Below, piece by piece: positions 19,421-29,329 of a stretch of DNA of 64,000 nt (its first letter is position 1; every line of letters begins with the position of its first letter). A program made the translations under genes and the position numbers. The notes below the pieces were generated by a model that made no database searches, was not told the DNA's origin, and saw nothing but the letters and a program-made list of their open reading frames with translations. Source of the DNA: an uncultured Candidatus Saccharibacteria bacterium (GTDB lineage: Bacteria; Patescibacteriota; Andersenbacteria; UBA10190); the NCBI GenBank assembly GCA_964372635.1, contig CAYJQW010000003.1, positions 2,145 through 66,144 on the forward strand, read 5' to 3'.

Positions 19421-19654
19421 TTGGTCAAGGTAAATCCGGAAGGTCCTAAAGGCTGCATACGTAACCATCTGGTTACTCTCCTTTCTTGTCAACTTTCCGT
19501 TCTACAACCACCATGCTACCCGCGGTAGCATGGAAGACCAAATTTCTCTTAAAAGATCAAGCCTCTATTCGACATTATAAGTGGCACCGTTTTTCCAGTC
19601 AACTCAATTATTTTTAATCAATCTTCGGTAATATCTTTCTAAAAATTAATGGCG

Positions 19655-21478
19655 CTATGTCCTTTTAAAAACAGCTAAGTATGCTTCAGGAGGAATATCA
19701 ATCGAGCCTTTGCCAGCCATTTTTTTCTTTCCTTTCTTCTGTTTTTCCAAAAGTTTTTTCTTCCTGGTCACATCACCGCCATACAAGTGTGCTGTCACGT
19801 CTTTGCGCATGGCAGATAGAGATTCGCGGGCAATAATGGTTCCTCCAATTGCTGCCTGAATTGGTACAGTGAACAATTGCTTTGGAATGACTTCCTTCAG
19901 CGCTTTAACAAGACGACGACCCGAGCTCATGGCTTTAGATCTGGCAACAATTAACGATAACGCTTCAACCGGCTCATAATTAAGCAACAAAGTCAATTTG
20001 ACGACGTCGGCATTGTGCCAGCTGGTCAAATTATAACTAAGTGAACCGTAGCCAGAGGTCACGGATTTAAGATGATCGTATAAATCAACAACTAACTCGC
20101 GCAGCGGCATGCTATAAGTTAGTTGAACACGGTCACCGGCGATGTGTTCCTGATTAACCAAGGTGCCTTCCCGATTATTGAGCAGTTCAAAGACAGCGCC
20201 GATATACTGTGAAGGAGACAAAAGGACAACATCGGCGTATCGTTCCTCAATCCGATCGATGGTGGATGGATCAGGAAATTGCGCTGGAGTTTCCACGTCT
20301 AGCCGACGACCATTTTTGAGATGCAAGCGATACGCAACACTTGGCGTCGTCATAACTAAATCAAGGTCATATTCGCGTCGCAGTCTTTCCTGAATTATCT
20401 CCATGTGCAGCATACCTAAAAAACCACAACGAAAACCTTGGCCGAGTGCTGCACTTTGCTCCTGACTAACATAAAGACTGGCATCGTTGAGTTCTAGTTC
20501 ATTTATCGCATCCCGTAGTCTAGGAAACGAGTCCCCTTGCTTGGGAAATACGCCAGCAAAGACTTTGGCTTGAGGAATTTGAAATCCTGGCAATGGCTTA
20601 AGGGTTGCGGATTTACTTTTTAGAGATATGGTGTCACCCACACGAGCTTGCCGGACATCTTTAAGACCAGTCGCGATATAACCAATTTCACCAGCCGACA
20701 GCTGATCACGTTTCTGCTCATGGGGTGAAAAAGTACCGGTTTCAACAACTCGATCAGTTGCCCCACTACCAAGAAAAACAATTGAATCACCACTGCGAAC
20801 AACACCATCAACGATTCTAACATAGGCAACGACACCTTTATAATCATCATAGACCGAGTCAAATATTAGGGCACGTAATGGCTTTTCTGTCAGTGTTGCC
20901 GCTGCCGGTATACGCTCAATGAGAGCACTTAAAATTAGATCGACCCCTTCGCCGGTCTTGGCAGATACTAACATTATGTCTTTAATACTACCCCCAAGTA
21001 ACCTAACTATTTCCTGCTTAACAAGAGGCACGTCGGCCGCCGGCAAATCTATCTTATTAATGACCGGAATGATCTCTAGGTTCTGCTCAATTGCCAGATG
21101 AAGATTAGCGATCGTTTGAGCTTGAACACCCTGGGTAGCGTCAACGAGGAGTAAGGCGCCTTCCACTGCCTGAAGGCTACGGCTTACCTCATATTGGAAA
21201 TCAACATGCCCCGGAGTATCAATGAGATTAAGAATATACTCCTTAGCAAGAGAATCCGGCTTGATCGATTCAGAATCAGAAGCCTTGCTTGACCAAGACA
21301 TTCTGACCGGCTGCAGCTTAATGGTTATACCTTTTTCTCTCTCCAGTTCCATCGAATCAAGAAACTGAGCTCGCATGGCTCTTTTAGCAACCGTATCCGT
21401 TATTTCCATTAAACGATCGGCTAGGGTTGATTTACCATGATCAATGTGCGCAATGATTGAAAAGTTTCTGATATCCAT
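19655..21478 (-). CDS. lepA: Elongation factor 4 (LepA).
   Basis: MDIRNFSIIAHIDHGKSTLADRL… GTP-binding motifs; 607 aa; typical C-terminal LepA domain. Confidence 0.95.
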   Translation of the reverse strand: MDIRNFSIIAHIDHGKSTLADRLMEITDTVAKRAMRAQFLDSMELEREKGITIKLQPVRMSWSSKASDSESIKPDSLAKEYILNLIDTPGHVDFQYEVSRSLQAVEGALLLVDATQGVQAQTIANLHLAIEQNLEIIPVINKIDLPAADVPLVKQEIVRLLGGSIKDIMLVSAKTGEGVDLILSALIERIPAAATLTEKPLRALIFDSVYDDYKGVVAYVRIVDGVVRSGDSIVFLGSGATDRVVETGTFSPHEQKRDQLSAGEIGYIATGLKDVRQARVGDTISLKSKSATLKPLPGFQIPQAKVFAGVFPKQGDSFPRLRDAINELELNDASLYVSQEQSAALGQGFRCGFLGMLHMEIIQERLRREYDLDLVMTTPSVAYRLHLKNGRRLDVETPAQFPDPSTIDRIEERYADVVLLSPSQYIGAVFELLNNREGTLVNQEHIAGDRVQLTYSMPLRELVVDLYDHLKSVTSGYGSLSYNLTSWHNADVVKLTLLLNYEPVEALSLIVARSKAMSSGRRLVKALKEVIPKQLFTVPIQAAIGGTIIARESLSAMRKDVTAHLYGGDVTRKKKLLEKQKKGKKKMAGKGSIDIPPEAYLAVFKRT

Positions 21479-21484
21479 ATTTAA

Positions 21485-23113
21485 TCACTCTGGTAAACCA
21501 CCAAATCGGGGCGTTTCAGTCGACGCTGATAATACCAGTTCCTTTCGTCGTAGTGGCAGGTAGCGACCGATGGCCTCTAGTTCTTCACACTTCATGAGAA
21601 GGCAAAATATCAAATACACGATTATGCCGCCACCGAAAGCTCCAACGAGTTGGACCAAAACACCCCAGAAACGTGTCATATCTACGACGGCAGCCAAGGG
21701 ATATTTTAGTAGCTGAACGGCAGCTGCCGAAATAATTGCGGCACTAGTAATCTTGAATAGACTAAATAAAACCTGCCGGTCATTAAACCCACCAAGTTGC
21801 CAATGTAAGGTGCCAAGCAACATAAGTACATTAACGATGGCTGCGCTTGAAAAAGCCAGGGCCAGTCCCTGGACGCCTAAACGAGGTGCCAAAAGAAGTG
21901 CTAAAACAACATTAACCACCATACTGATCAGAGAAATAATGACCGGTATGCTTGTGTTTTGTCTGACGTAGAAAGCTCTGGTCAAAAGAGGTATGGTCGC
22001 TTGAGCAAAAAGACTAATTAACAAAAGCCCAAACGTTTCAAACGTTAAAATTGTGTCCTCCCAATCAAAGGCTCCCGCGCCGAATAAAACCCTGATCATT
22101 TGAGCACGCAGTAAGAAAAAAAACATTGATAACGGTATAATGAAAAAAAGAATATAACGAAATGAACGAGTCAGGGTGTTAAGAAACCGTCTCTTTTCAT
22201 TCTTGGCAATTTGTTCAGCTAGAGTAGGAAAAGCAGCCTGAGCAAACGCTAATCCGAATACTCCGATCGGCAAGCTTTGAACATTGTTGGCTAGATGGAA
22301 AACGGTGATGCTACCGGCGGCTAATGAAGACCCTATGATCGTAACCAAAAACAAATTCACTTGCTGCCCAGCGAGACCAAAGGCTCTAGGAATAATCATG
22401 CGCCAAAGTGTTGCCAGGTCCTTTGATGACCAGGAAACAGTCCCCCTCCACCGGAAACCAACAGCGTATATACTCGGCAATTGAACGAGCATGTGCAGGG
22501 CTGCTCCTAAGACGACTCCCCAGCCGATTCCAGCGATGCCTATCAGCGGTACAAAGTAAATTACACCTAAGATTATCCCGATATTATAGACAATGGGGGC
22601 AAGAGCATAGGCAATGAATCTCTTAAACGAGTTCAAGATACCTGAAAAAACAAAACTGATCGCTAGTAAAATTGGCTGCAGTGCCATTATGCGTGAGAGT
22701 AGAATTGTTGTGGCTAACTTTTCGCCGGAAAAGCCAGGAGTAATCAGCGGCACCAGCTTATTAGCAAACACGACATATAATAGCGCTAGCAAGACGACAA
22801 TAACTAAGATGATATTTAAGACAGCGATGGCAAAGTCAAAAGCCTCCTTGTTAGCCTTTTTCTGATTCTTAATAAGCTTTTCAGTGAATAGCGGAATAAA
22901 AGCAGCGGATAGCGCTCCAACAACCACTAAGTTAAATATAAGATCGGGCAAGCGAAAAGCAGCTACGAACGCATCAAAGGTATCACCGGCGCCAAAAGTT
23001 GTTGTCAATACTCGTTCCCGTAACAATCCTAATAGACGAGAGCCTAGACTGGCAACGCCAATAATAACGGCCGCCGAAATAATACGGCCATTAGTTTCAT
23101 TATGTTGAGCCAT
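21485..23113 (-). CDS. murJ: Lipid II flippase MurJ (MOP superfamily).
   Basis: N-terminus …RERVLTTTFGAGDTFDAFVAAFRLPDL… matches the MurJ/MviN signature; 14 predicted TM helices; 542 aa. Confidence 0.8.
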   Translation of the reverse strand: MAQHNETNGRIISAAVIIGVASLGSRLLGLLRERVLTTTFGAGDTFDAFVAAFRLPDLIFNLVVVGALSAAFIPLFTEKLIKNQKKANKEAFDFAIAVLNIILVIVVLLALLYVVFANKLVPLITPGFSGEKLATTILLSRIMALQPILLAISFVFSGILNSFKRFIAYALAPIVYNIGIILGVIYFVPLIGIAGIGWGVVLGAALHMLVQLPSIYAVGFRWRGTVSWSSKDLATLWRMIIPRAFGLAGQQVNLFLVTIIGSSLAAGSITVFHLANNVQSLPIGVFGLAFAQAAFPTLAEQIAKNEKRRFLNTLTRSFRYILFFIIPLSMFFFLLRAQMIRVLFGAGAFDWEDTILTFETFGLLLISLFAQATIPLLTRAFYVRQNTSIPVIISLISMVVNVVLALLLAPRLGVQGLALAFSSAAIVNVLMLLGTLHWQLGGFNDRQVLFSLFKITSAAIISAAAVQLLKYPLAAVVDMTRFWGVLVQLVGAFGGGIIVYLIFCLLMKCEELEAIGRYLPLRRKELVLSASTETPRFGGLPE

Positions 23114-23130
23114 GAAATTAAACGAAAACG

Positions 23131-25047
23131 TTATTCGAAGACAGCCCCCACCACGCGATCTGCTTGCAACCGGCCACGATAGACCAATGTGCGCTCATCC
23201 GATTGGGTAACACCGTCTGCAGGCACAGTATGCACGAGTCGGACTGATTCGGGAAGCATAATCTCAACCCGCAAGTTTGTTCTGGTGTCTCCAGCTTGTT
23301 TTCCTAGGTAGACAGAATAACTGTTGGCTGGTTTCAATAAACTAGGCAATATCGCGTGTTGCGGTATTATATAATGGTACAAACCAACAACAGTTGCTCC
23401 CGGTTTTGTTATCATCCAGTTGGCAAAAGACGTGTAACCGGCTTCCTGACCAATAATTGTTCCACTCGGATGGACTAATTGTGTTCGCTGCCATTCGGCT
23501 ATGTCAGGGTCAGCTCTTAAAATAGCATCAGTCACCGTCAGGCTATTCTTACCCTGTTTTATTTCTAAAGGACGAGGTACTTCTGACTGTCTGCTGAAAC
23601 CGGTTGCCTCAAGGAGCTGTGCCGCACGCGGCACCAATACTCTCTGATAAATTATGTTATTTTTAAAAGCTGGATTTTCTCCAGATGGATATGGTAATTG
23701 CAAGGCTTCACTAGGTCCATTATGGGTCCTTCTGATCGTAACAACGACATCGACGTCTCCGTTTTCTAATATAGTTGATCGATAGTCAATTTCTTGCTCA
23801 ATAAATTGATCACTTTTGTGACCACCAATATTTGCATTGTTAACGTGTAAAAATCCCTGCTCATTATCTGGAAAATCGGAACTCCAGCCCAGTTGGGTCA
23901 AACGCGCTTGTTCTGCGCTATCGCGAAAGTTAATAAGTAGTTGTTTTTCCTGAATCATCCTCGCTAAAACGTCCAGCACTGCCAACGTTGATCTAGGGTC
24001 TCCGGCGAATATTCTTTTTAAAAGTTGCGGCGTTAGGTCGGCTAAGAACTGTTTCGGCCGGTTTTGAGCTCGATCATAAGAATACGTTACTAAATCTTGA
24101 GTAACGGCAACTAAGGATTCGGCATCGACAGTGATATTCCACTCTGGCACCTCAATGGGACCAGTAATGATCAACAGCTGTTGGATAACTTCTGGGGTCA
24201 GGGCAATAATTCCATCTACTGTTGTGCCACCTTCCTTCTCAAAAAATTCTGCTATCTTGGTTGCACTTAACTTCCAGTCAATAAACCAATTGGCATCGCG
24301 AAGAAACCAGCGATCAGTAATAGGACGCAAGGGATCAGGCGGCGCAATGTAATCTCGAAGCTGACCATCCTGATCATAAACTGACTTGACATCAACCTTC
24401 TCAACAATGCCTCGATCAATATTAATCAAAGCTAAGCTGCCAATGAATCCTCCGGTTGGACGTATTTCGTCATTGTTCTCCAGTAACAACAGATATTCTC
24501 GTTGACGTTCGGCTCCCAGCACAGCTAAAAGTGTATCGCTCTGTTTTAGAAAAAGACCGAGAGGCTCCCTAGCCCGCGGTAATGCCGCTTTAAGTATTGC
24601 CACATGTTGTTGAACACTATTAGGAAGCGCGCTAACCGTAACTCTACCCAAAGCTTCTTCAGCTTGGGCTAATTCTGATTCAGCTTTAGTCAACTCAGCC
24701 TGAGCTTGATCTAGGGCACTAACTAGCGTGTACGACTGTCTATCATCATCATTGGAAACAATATTGGTATCGAGGAGTGGTGACAGTCCACGGGATACCA
24801 ATAACCCGGCTTGGGTTAAATGTTCACCAGCAGCTAATAGTTGATCACCGGAGCGAACTGTACCCGTGACATCTATGATCTCAAGAATATTTTGGGAGGC
24901 AGCCAGAGCCGCAGATAACTCGGCACGAGCCGAGTGCAACAAGACTTCACTTGCGGCAAATTGTTTTTCACTTGTACTGAAGTCGCTTTCGGCTAAAGCT
25001 GAGCCAGCCGCTAGAGCATGCTCAAATGCGGCTGCGCTTTTACTCAC
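23131..25047 (-). CDS. Hypothetical exported protein, DUF4012-like. The annotated GTG start is probably not the true N-terminus.
   Basis: 638 aa with an Ala/Glu-rich coiled-coil-like N-region and a conserved C-terminal region (RDANWFIDW…). In frame upstream (25048-25170) lie 41 sense codons encoding KKTPHPR plus the hydrophobic helix TINIAFLIITFLLVISSVWNL, with no ATG/GTG/TTG start. See the findings entry on the A9/T9 junction. Confidence 0.5.
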   Translation of the reverse strand: MSKSAAAFEHALAAGSALAESDFSTSEKQFAASEVLLHSARAELSAALAASQNILEIIDVTGTVRSGDQLLAAGEHLTQAGLLVSRGLSPLLDTNIVSNDDDRQSYTLVSALDQAQAELTKAESELAQAEEALGRVTVSALPNSVQQHVAILKAALPRAREPLGLFLKQSDTLLAVLGAERQREYLLLLENNDEIRPTGGFIGSLALINIDRGIVEKVDVKSVYDQDGQLRDYIAPPDPLRPITDRWFLRDANWFIDWKLSATKIAEFFEKEGGTTVDGIIALTPEVIQQLLIITGPIEVPEWNITVDAESLVAVTQDLVTYSYDRAQNRPKQFLADLTPQLLKRIFAGDPRSTLAVLDVLARMIQEKQLLINFRDSAEQARLTQLGWSSDFPDNEQGFLHVNNANIGGHKSDQFIEQEIDYRSTILENGDVDVVVTIRRTHNGPSEALQLPYPSGENPAFKNNIIYQRVLVPRAAQLLEATGFSRQSEVPRPLEIKQGKNSLTVTDAILRADPDIAEWQRTQLVHPSGTIIGQEAGYTSFANWMITKPGATVVGLYHYIIPQHAILPSLLKPANSYSVYLGKQAGDTRTNLRVEIMLPESVRLVHTVPADGVTQSDERTLVYRGRLQADRVVGAVFE

Positions 25048-25136
25048 TATTGATTGAAGGGATATATAACCCCGGCCAAGTGCCTGCAGATTCCAGACGG
25101 AACTAATAACAAGCAGAAAAGTTATAATTAAGAACG

Positions 25137-25976
25137 CTATATTAATTGTGCGCGGGTGCGGAGTTTTTTTTTAATAGATTTTAACTTTGCTTGTTCATCT
25201 GACCGATTACCGGGCCAGATGCTGAGATGAAGCGGTAGGGTAAAGCGTCGTTTAGGTTCTACTATCCGATCCCTTAAGTGTACTTCTGCCGGAGATGTGC
25301 TAGTTGTCCCTTGGCCCCAAGTAAACGGAACATCTCTTTCAGCAATCAAAAAGTTTGGGTTCATGTTAACTGATTTTGTTTTCGCAAAGACCAAGTCTGT
25401 TTGCACCGGCATACGATTTGTCTGAACACTATCTTCCGGACGCTTGACGTGTCTTTGCTTAATAGTTGATCGCCTTAAAATGCCTCGGTCTCCTCTCGCT
25501 GGAGCAGTCTTTTTAGGTGATCCAAAGTTGCCTACCTCACCTAACACTTTATTTACTGCCGCCCCGGCATAAGGTGGTGGGCCAACCTGAATGCCTGGCA
25601 GAGCCTTTATATATATATCATTAGTAACGATCTCATTTCCCTTACTTGGCCTATGGTTCGACAAACGCTGCGACCCTGGCGCGTTCGTCGCTTTCATGTC
25701 TCTTGAAACATCATCATATAAAGCATGTCGCTTAAACTGCACAATGGCGCGGCGGCGGCGCTGATGTTTTCGTTGACGTATAATTTCCTGCCGAACAGGT
25801 CGCCTTAAGCGTGCTGGAAGCTTCCAGGCAACCCGAACAATTTTAGGGCCAATAGAAACACGATTTTGCGTCGGACGATTGTTGCTCGACGCAATTCGAC
25901 CCCGCCTAGTAGTTTTGGTATCAGGGGAAAATGAAGACGAAGGATAACCGCTCTCAGGCGGTATGACATCAATCAC
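25137..25976 (-). CDS. Hypothetical basic, Pro/Arg/Ser-rich low-complexity protein (279 aa). It may be the N-terminal domain of a fusion with the downstream DUF4012-like gene.
   Basis: An 840-nt open frame is statistically unlikely to be non-coding at this GC content. It has a GTG start and no clear Shine-Dalgarno sequence. It ends KSIKKKLRTRAQLI*, where KKK is encoded by an A9 run. Confidence 0.4.
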   Translation of the reverse strand: MIDVIPPESGYPSSSFSPDTKTTRRGRIASSNNRPTQNRVSIGPKIVRVAWKLPARLRRPVRQEIIRQRKHQRRRRAIVQFKRHALYDDVSRDMKATNAPGSQRLSNHRPSKGNEIVTNDIYIKALPGIQVGPPPYAGAAVNKVLGEVGNFGSPKKTAPARGDRGILRRSTIKQRHVKRPEDSVQTNRMPVQTDLVFAKTKSVNMNPNFLIAERDVPFTWGQGTTSTSPAEVHLRDRIVEPKRRFTLPLHLSIWPGNRSDEQAKLKSIKKKLRTRAQLI

Positions 25977-26066
25977 ACCTATAGTGTAAAAGGTACTAGA
26001 CTTTGTGCCAAGTGCTTGTTTGAGTTCCGCCTTCTTTAAAAATTATCGGATTTTAATAATCGTTTT

Positions 26067-27188
26067 CTAAACCAGGTTACTTGAGACGGTCGGCGTGCCG
26101 ACTTGCGCATAGATGGCAAGATGATCTTGGACTGCTTTCGACCAGGTGAAACCTAGGGCCCTAATTCGACCACTGCGTGCTAACTTGATCCTAATATCTT
26201 GGTTCTTAAGCAAAGATTCCATGGCCGCTACGATACTGGGGACATATTCTGGATTTATATACAGTGCTGCCCGACCCATAATCTCCGGTAAGCTACTGAC
26301 GTTTGAAGTGATAACAGGGACACCACATGCTGCCGCCTCTAGGGCCGGAAATCCAAAACCCTCATACAAGCTGGGCATAACAAGTGCTTGGGCCTGTGTA
26401 TAAATTGCCGGCAATAAGTGTGTTGCCACAAAGCCCAGAAAAATCACTCGATCATTAATCCTTAGGGCTTTGGCATATTGCAGTACGCGACTATAGCCTG
26501 GTCTTGGTTTTCCCGTCATGACAAGCCGGACATCAGGGTGGCGACGTGCAATTTGAGAGAATGCTTCAAGTAAGCGAGCAAGATTCTTGTGACTCATCCA
26601 AACCCCAACGTAAAGAAAATAAGGTTGCTGGGTGCCAATTAACATTCTAGCTTTTTGTTTCGAAGACTCCGTTATCTTAAGCCAAAAAAGTTCATCAACA
26701 CCTTCATAAATAGTCCTTACCGTTGTTGGCACACTTATAGGTAGGGAAAGTAACTCTTCGCGAGTAGAGTTTGATACCGTTATCACGGCTTGTGCCCGTT
26801 CAACTGCCTTAGCAAATACATATTCATAGGCAACTTGTTGTCGCCAGGACTGACTATTCTGTCCAGGAAATATAAAGCGGGTTGTGTCATGAATCGTTAC
26901 GACATATGGTTGTCGGAACAATATCGGCACATTAAAGTGAGGAAAATGCCAAAGGTCGGCTTTCACACGATTAAGCTGTTGTAAAAATAAAGTTTGCTCC
27001 CGCCACGAATAATATGAATCGTCGACTATCTCCACCTCATGAGGACCGTTATAATTTTTGGCATCTTTTGCGCCGAGTAGCACAATAAAAGTGTGTTTAG
27101 GCTGCTCGGCTAATCCCGTCAGGATATTTTGAATATATCGGCCTATGCCTGCCCATGAATAGGCTCGGGCGTCGATAGCTATACGCAT
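26067..27188 (-). CDS. Glycosyltransferase family 4.
   Basis: MRIAIDARAYSWAGIGRYIQNIL… N-terminus and EGFGFPALEAAACGVPVITSNVSSLPEI C-terminal GT4 motif. Confidence 0.75.
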   Translation of the reverse strand: MRIAIDARAYSWAGIGRYIQNILTGLAEQPKHTFIVLLGAKDAKNYNGPHEVEIVDDSYYSWREQTLFLQQLNRVKADLWHFPHFNVPILFRQPYVVTIHDTTRFIFPGQNSQSWRQQVAYEYVFAKAVERAQAVITVSNSTREELLSLPISVPTTVRTIYEGVDELFWLKITESSKQKARMLIGTQQPYFLYVGVWMSHKNLARLLEAFSQIARRHPDVRLVMTGKPRPGYSRVLQYAKALRINDRVIFLGFVATHLLPAIYTQAQALVMPSLYEGFGFPALEAAACGVPVITSNVSSLPEIMGRAALYINPEYVPSIVAAMESLLKNQDIRIKLARSGRIRALGFTWSKAVQDHLAIYAQVGTPTVSSNLV

Positions 27189-27350
27189 AACAAGAGTCTA
27201 AATCGCACATTGCAATTATCGCATGACACGATCGCAATTCAAATTACCCGCGAAAGTCTTACGATCATCGAGTTTCATCGCTATCTTGCTCTGTGCTTCC
27301 TTGAAAATATAATATTTATAGGAATGACGAGCCGTGATTGGTTAAAGTCT

Positions 27351-28466
27351 CTAGACCGCGTCAAGCAAAATTGCCAAAGTCTGCCGCGCGGCTCGTTCCC
27401 AAGAATACTTATTGTAAATGGATTTCTTTGTATCCTCTGATATGATTGGCGGCTCGTGTAGTAGTTCCCTCATGACGAGCGCGAGCTCCGCCGGCTGATA
27501 CGGATCAACAAGTGTCGTCCATTCGCCCACAATCTCCGATAGGGCAGAATTATGAGAAGTTATGACTGGCGTTCCGGCTGTTAGGGCTTCCAGGGGAGGA
27601 AAACCAAAACCTTCATAAAAGCTGGGATAAACAAAGAGATCAGCTGTTGCATAAAGCGCACGTTTATCGCTTTCAGCCACGAAGCCAATGAGGCGAATTC
27701 GACTCTTCACCTTTGATCTAGCAATTGCTGCCTCAACTTCGTGCATAAGCCAACCAGGTGATCCAGCAATGACAAGATCGTGAGGTATAAAAGAAGCAAT
27801 CGCTGAAAAAGACTCGACAATACTTTGCACATTCTTGCGCGGTTCTAATGTACCAAGGTATAAAACAAATCGATTTGGCAAATTATACTTTTGTATGACA
27901 CGAAGCTGCTCCGCGCTAGTGATTTTATCTGGGTAACTGACGATACCCGAATGGACAACCGAAATCCGACTCGGCGATACGTTATACAACGATGCAACAT
28001 CATCAGCGGTAGCTTGTGAGACAGCGATGATCCGATCAGCATTCTTCATAAGATACTTTGGTCTGACAGCGCGATGCCATAATCGACGCTGCCAAGAATA
28101 AAATTCGGGAAAACGCTCAAATGACAAATCATGTGCGGTGACAATCAGAGGAGTATTCGATGACACTGGTGCCAAACGAACATTGGGAATAAAAAATACA
28201 TCGGCTGACACCAAGCTATCCCAACACGGCTGACCACTTATTAATTGGCAAGTGTTAAATAGTTTATTGGGCCAGTGCCAACTATGAATTTGATAATTAC
28301 CCGTGCCAAAATCGGGTAGGGTAACAGGCTTATAAGAATTATAAAAAAGCTGAAACTTATGCTCAGGGGCAATTTTAAGTAGCGATCGGATCAGTTGTGT
28401 CGTATATTCTTCTACGCCACTGATGCGCTCTTCAAGCAGTGATCGTATGTCAACGGCTATGTTCAT
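27351..28466 (-). CDS. Glycosyltransferase family 4.
   Basis: Likely start at MNIAVDIRSLLEE (28466). EGFGFPPLEALTAGTPVITSHNSALSEI motif. Confidence 0.75.
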   Translation of the reverse strand: MNIAVDIRSLLEERISGVEEYTTQLIRSLLKIAPEHKFQLFYNSYKPVTLPDFGTGNYQIHSWHWPNKLFNTCQLISGQPCWDSLVSADVFFIPNVRLAPVSSNTPLIVTAHDLSFERFPEFYSWQRRLWHRAVRPKYLMKNADRIIAVSQATADDVASLYNVSPSRISVVHSGIVSYPDKITSAEQLRVIQKYNLPNRFVLYLGTLEPRKNVQSIVESFSAIASFIPHDLVIAGSPGWLMHEVEAAIARSKVKSRIRLIGFVAESDKRALYATADLFVYPSFYEGFGFPPLEALTAGTPVITSHNSALSEIVGEWTTLVDPYQPAELALVMRELLHEPPIISEDTKKSIYNKYSWERAARQTLAILLDAV

Positions 28467-28696
28467 CAATTTTAGGCGTTTAAAGCTTAAATGAAACTTT
28501 TTGGCGGCAAGTATTAGCATTCAAGACTGCATTATTCAGCGGATAAATAAGATTTTTTTTGCCAAAACTGGGACACCAAGCCAGGAAAGAGTTATGGTCC
28601 TTCGCTGAATTTCCCGCGACTTGCTGCGAAAGTAAGGACGTGAATAATAAAAAAGCAACGCCTCCGTTGCTGTCATTAAATTCTTCTTGCCCTTTA

Positions 28697-29329
28697 TTAT
28701 GTCCCATCATCAGTTTTGTTTAAGCTTTCTCTCAGCAGAACCGTGTTGATGCCGAGTATTAAAGTAGCCACAAAGGTCGCCGTTACAATAAGTAATACGG
28801 ATACCTCACGTTTCCCCGTCCACGGCTTGGTGGCAACCACACGAAATGTGAGGGCAGGAACACCCTCATCGTGATAGAGTGACACATTATTTTGCATCTC
28901 TTCCTGAAGTCCCAATGCCAGGGCCCCGGCTGTTTGATCGGTGTCACTTCTGACAGTAACTTTCACTATTTGGGCTGCACTTTTTTCTGTAGATACTTGT
29001 TTTGTCAAAAGACGAGGATCATTAGTTGGTGGCTTTAACTCGGCGTTTTCATAAGCTCGGCTAATCACTTCTGGAGCAGTGATCCAGCTGGCCAAAGTCG
29101 CCGCAAAGAGGTCAGTGGCCTGAAGTGCATAGTAACCATCGAATTGATAATCTACCGATTGCTCACGCTCACTTAGGCTTATCAGGTAAGAGAAGTGGAC
29201 CTCAGAGACCGGACCAAGCCGATACGAAACAACGTAGGCGGCTGCGGCAGCAATAAAACTGATTACCAACAGCACAGGTAATCGTTGCCTGAGTACCAGT
29301 TGATACCGTCGAATCCAAGAATCTTTCAT
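28697..29329 (-). CDS. CpsC/Wzd-like polysaccharide co-polymerase (PCP2b-type chain-length regulator).
   Basis: 210 aa with an N-terminal TM (LPVLLVISFIAAAAAYVV), an extracytoplasmic domain and a C-terminal TM (VSVLLIVTATFVATLILGI). The architecture and spacing resemble Gram-positive CpsC/CapA. Its start overlaps the upstream GT4 stop by 4 nt (ATGA). Confidence 0.5.
   Translation of the reverse strand: MKDSWIRRYQLVLRQRLPVLLVISFIAAAAAYVVSYRLGPVSEVHFSYLISLSEREQSVDYQFDGYYALQATDLFAATLASWITAPEVISRAYENAELKPPTNDPRLLTKQVSTEKSAAQIVKVTVRSDTDQTAGALALGLQEEMQNNVSLYHDEGVPALTFRVVATKPWTGKREVSVLLIVTATFVATLILGINTVLLRESLNKTDDGT

Noticed and set aside
19395-19500. A possible SRP (4.5S) RNA. The motif GGUCAAGGUAAAUCCGGAAGG resembles the domain IV apex.
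   Set aside because: The sequence 3' of the GGAA tetraloop (GGUCCUAAAGGCUGC) neither pairs with the 5' side nor matches the conserved AGCAGCC. No closing helix was found in either orientation.
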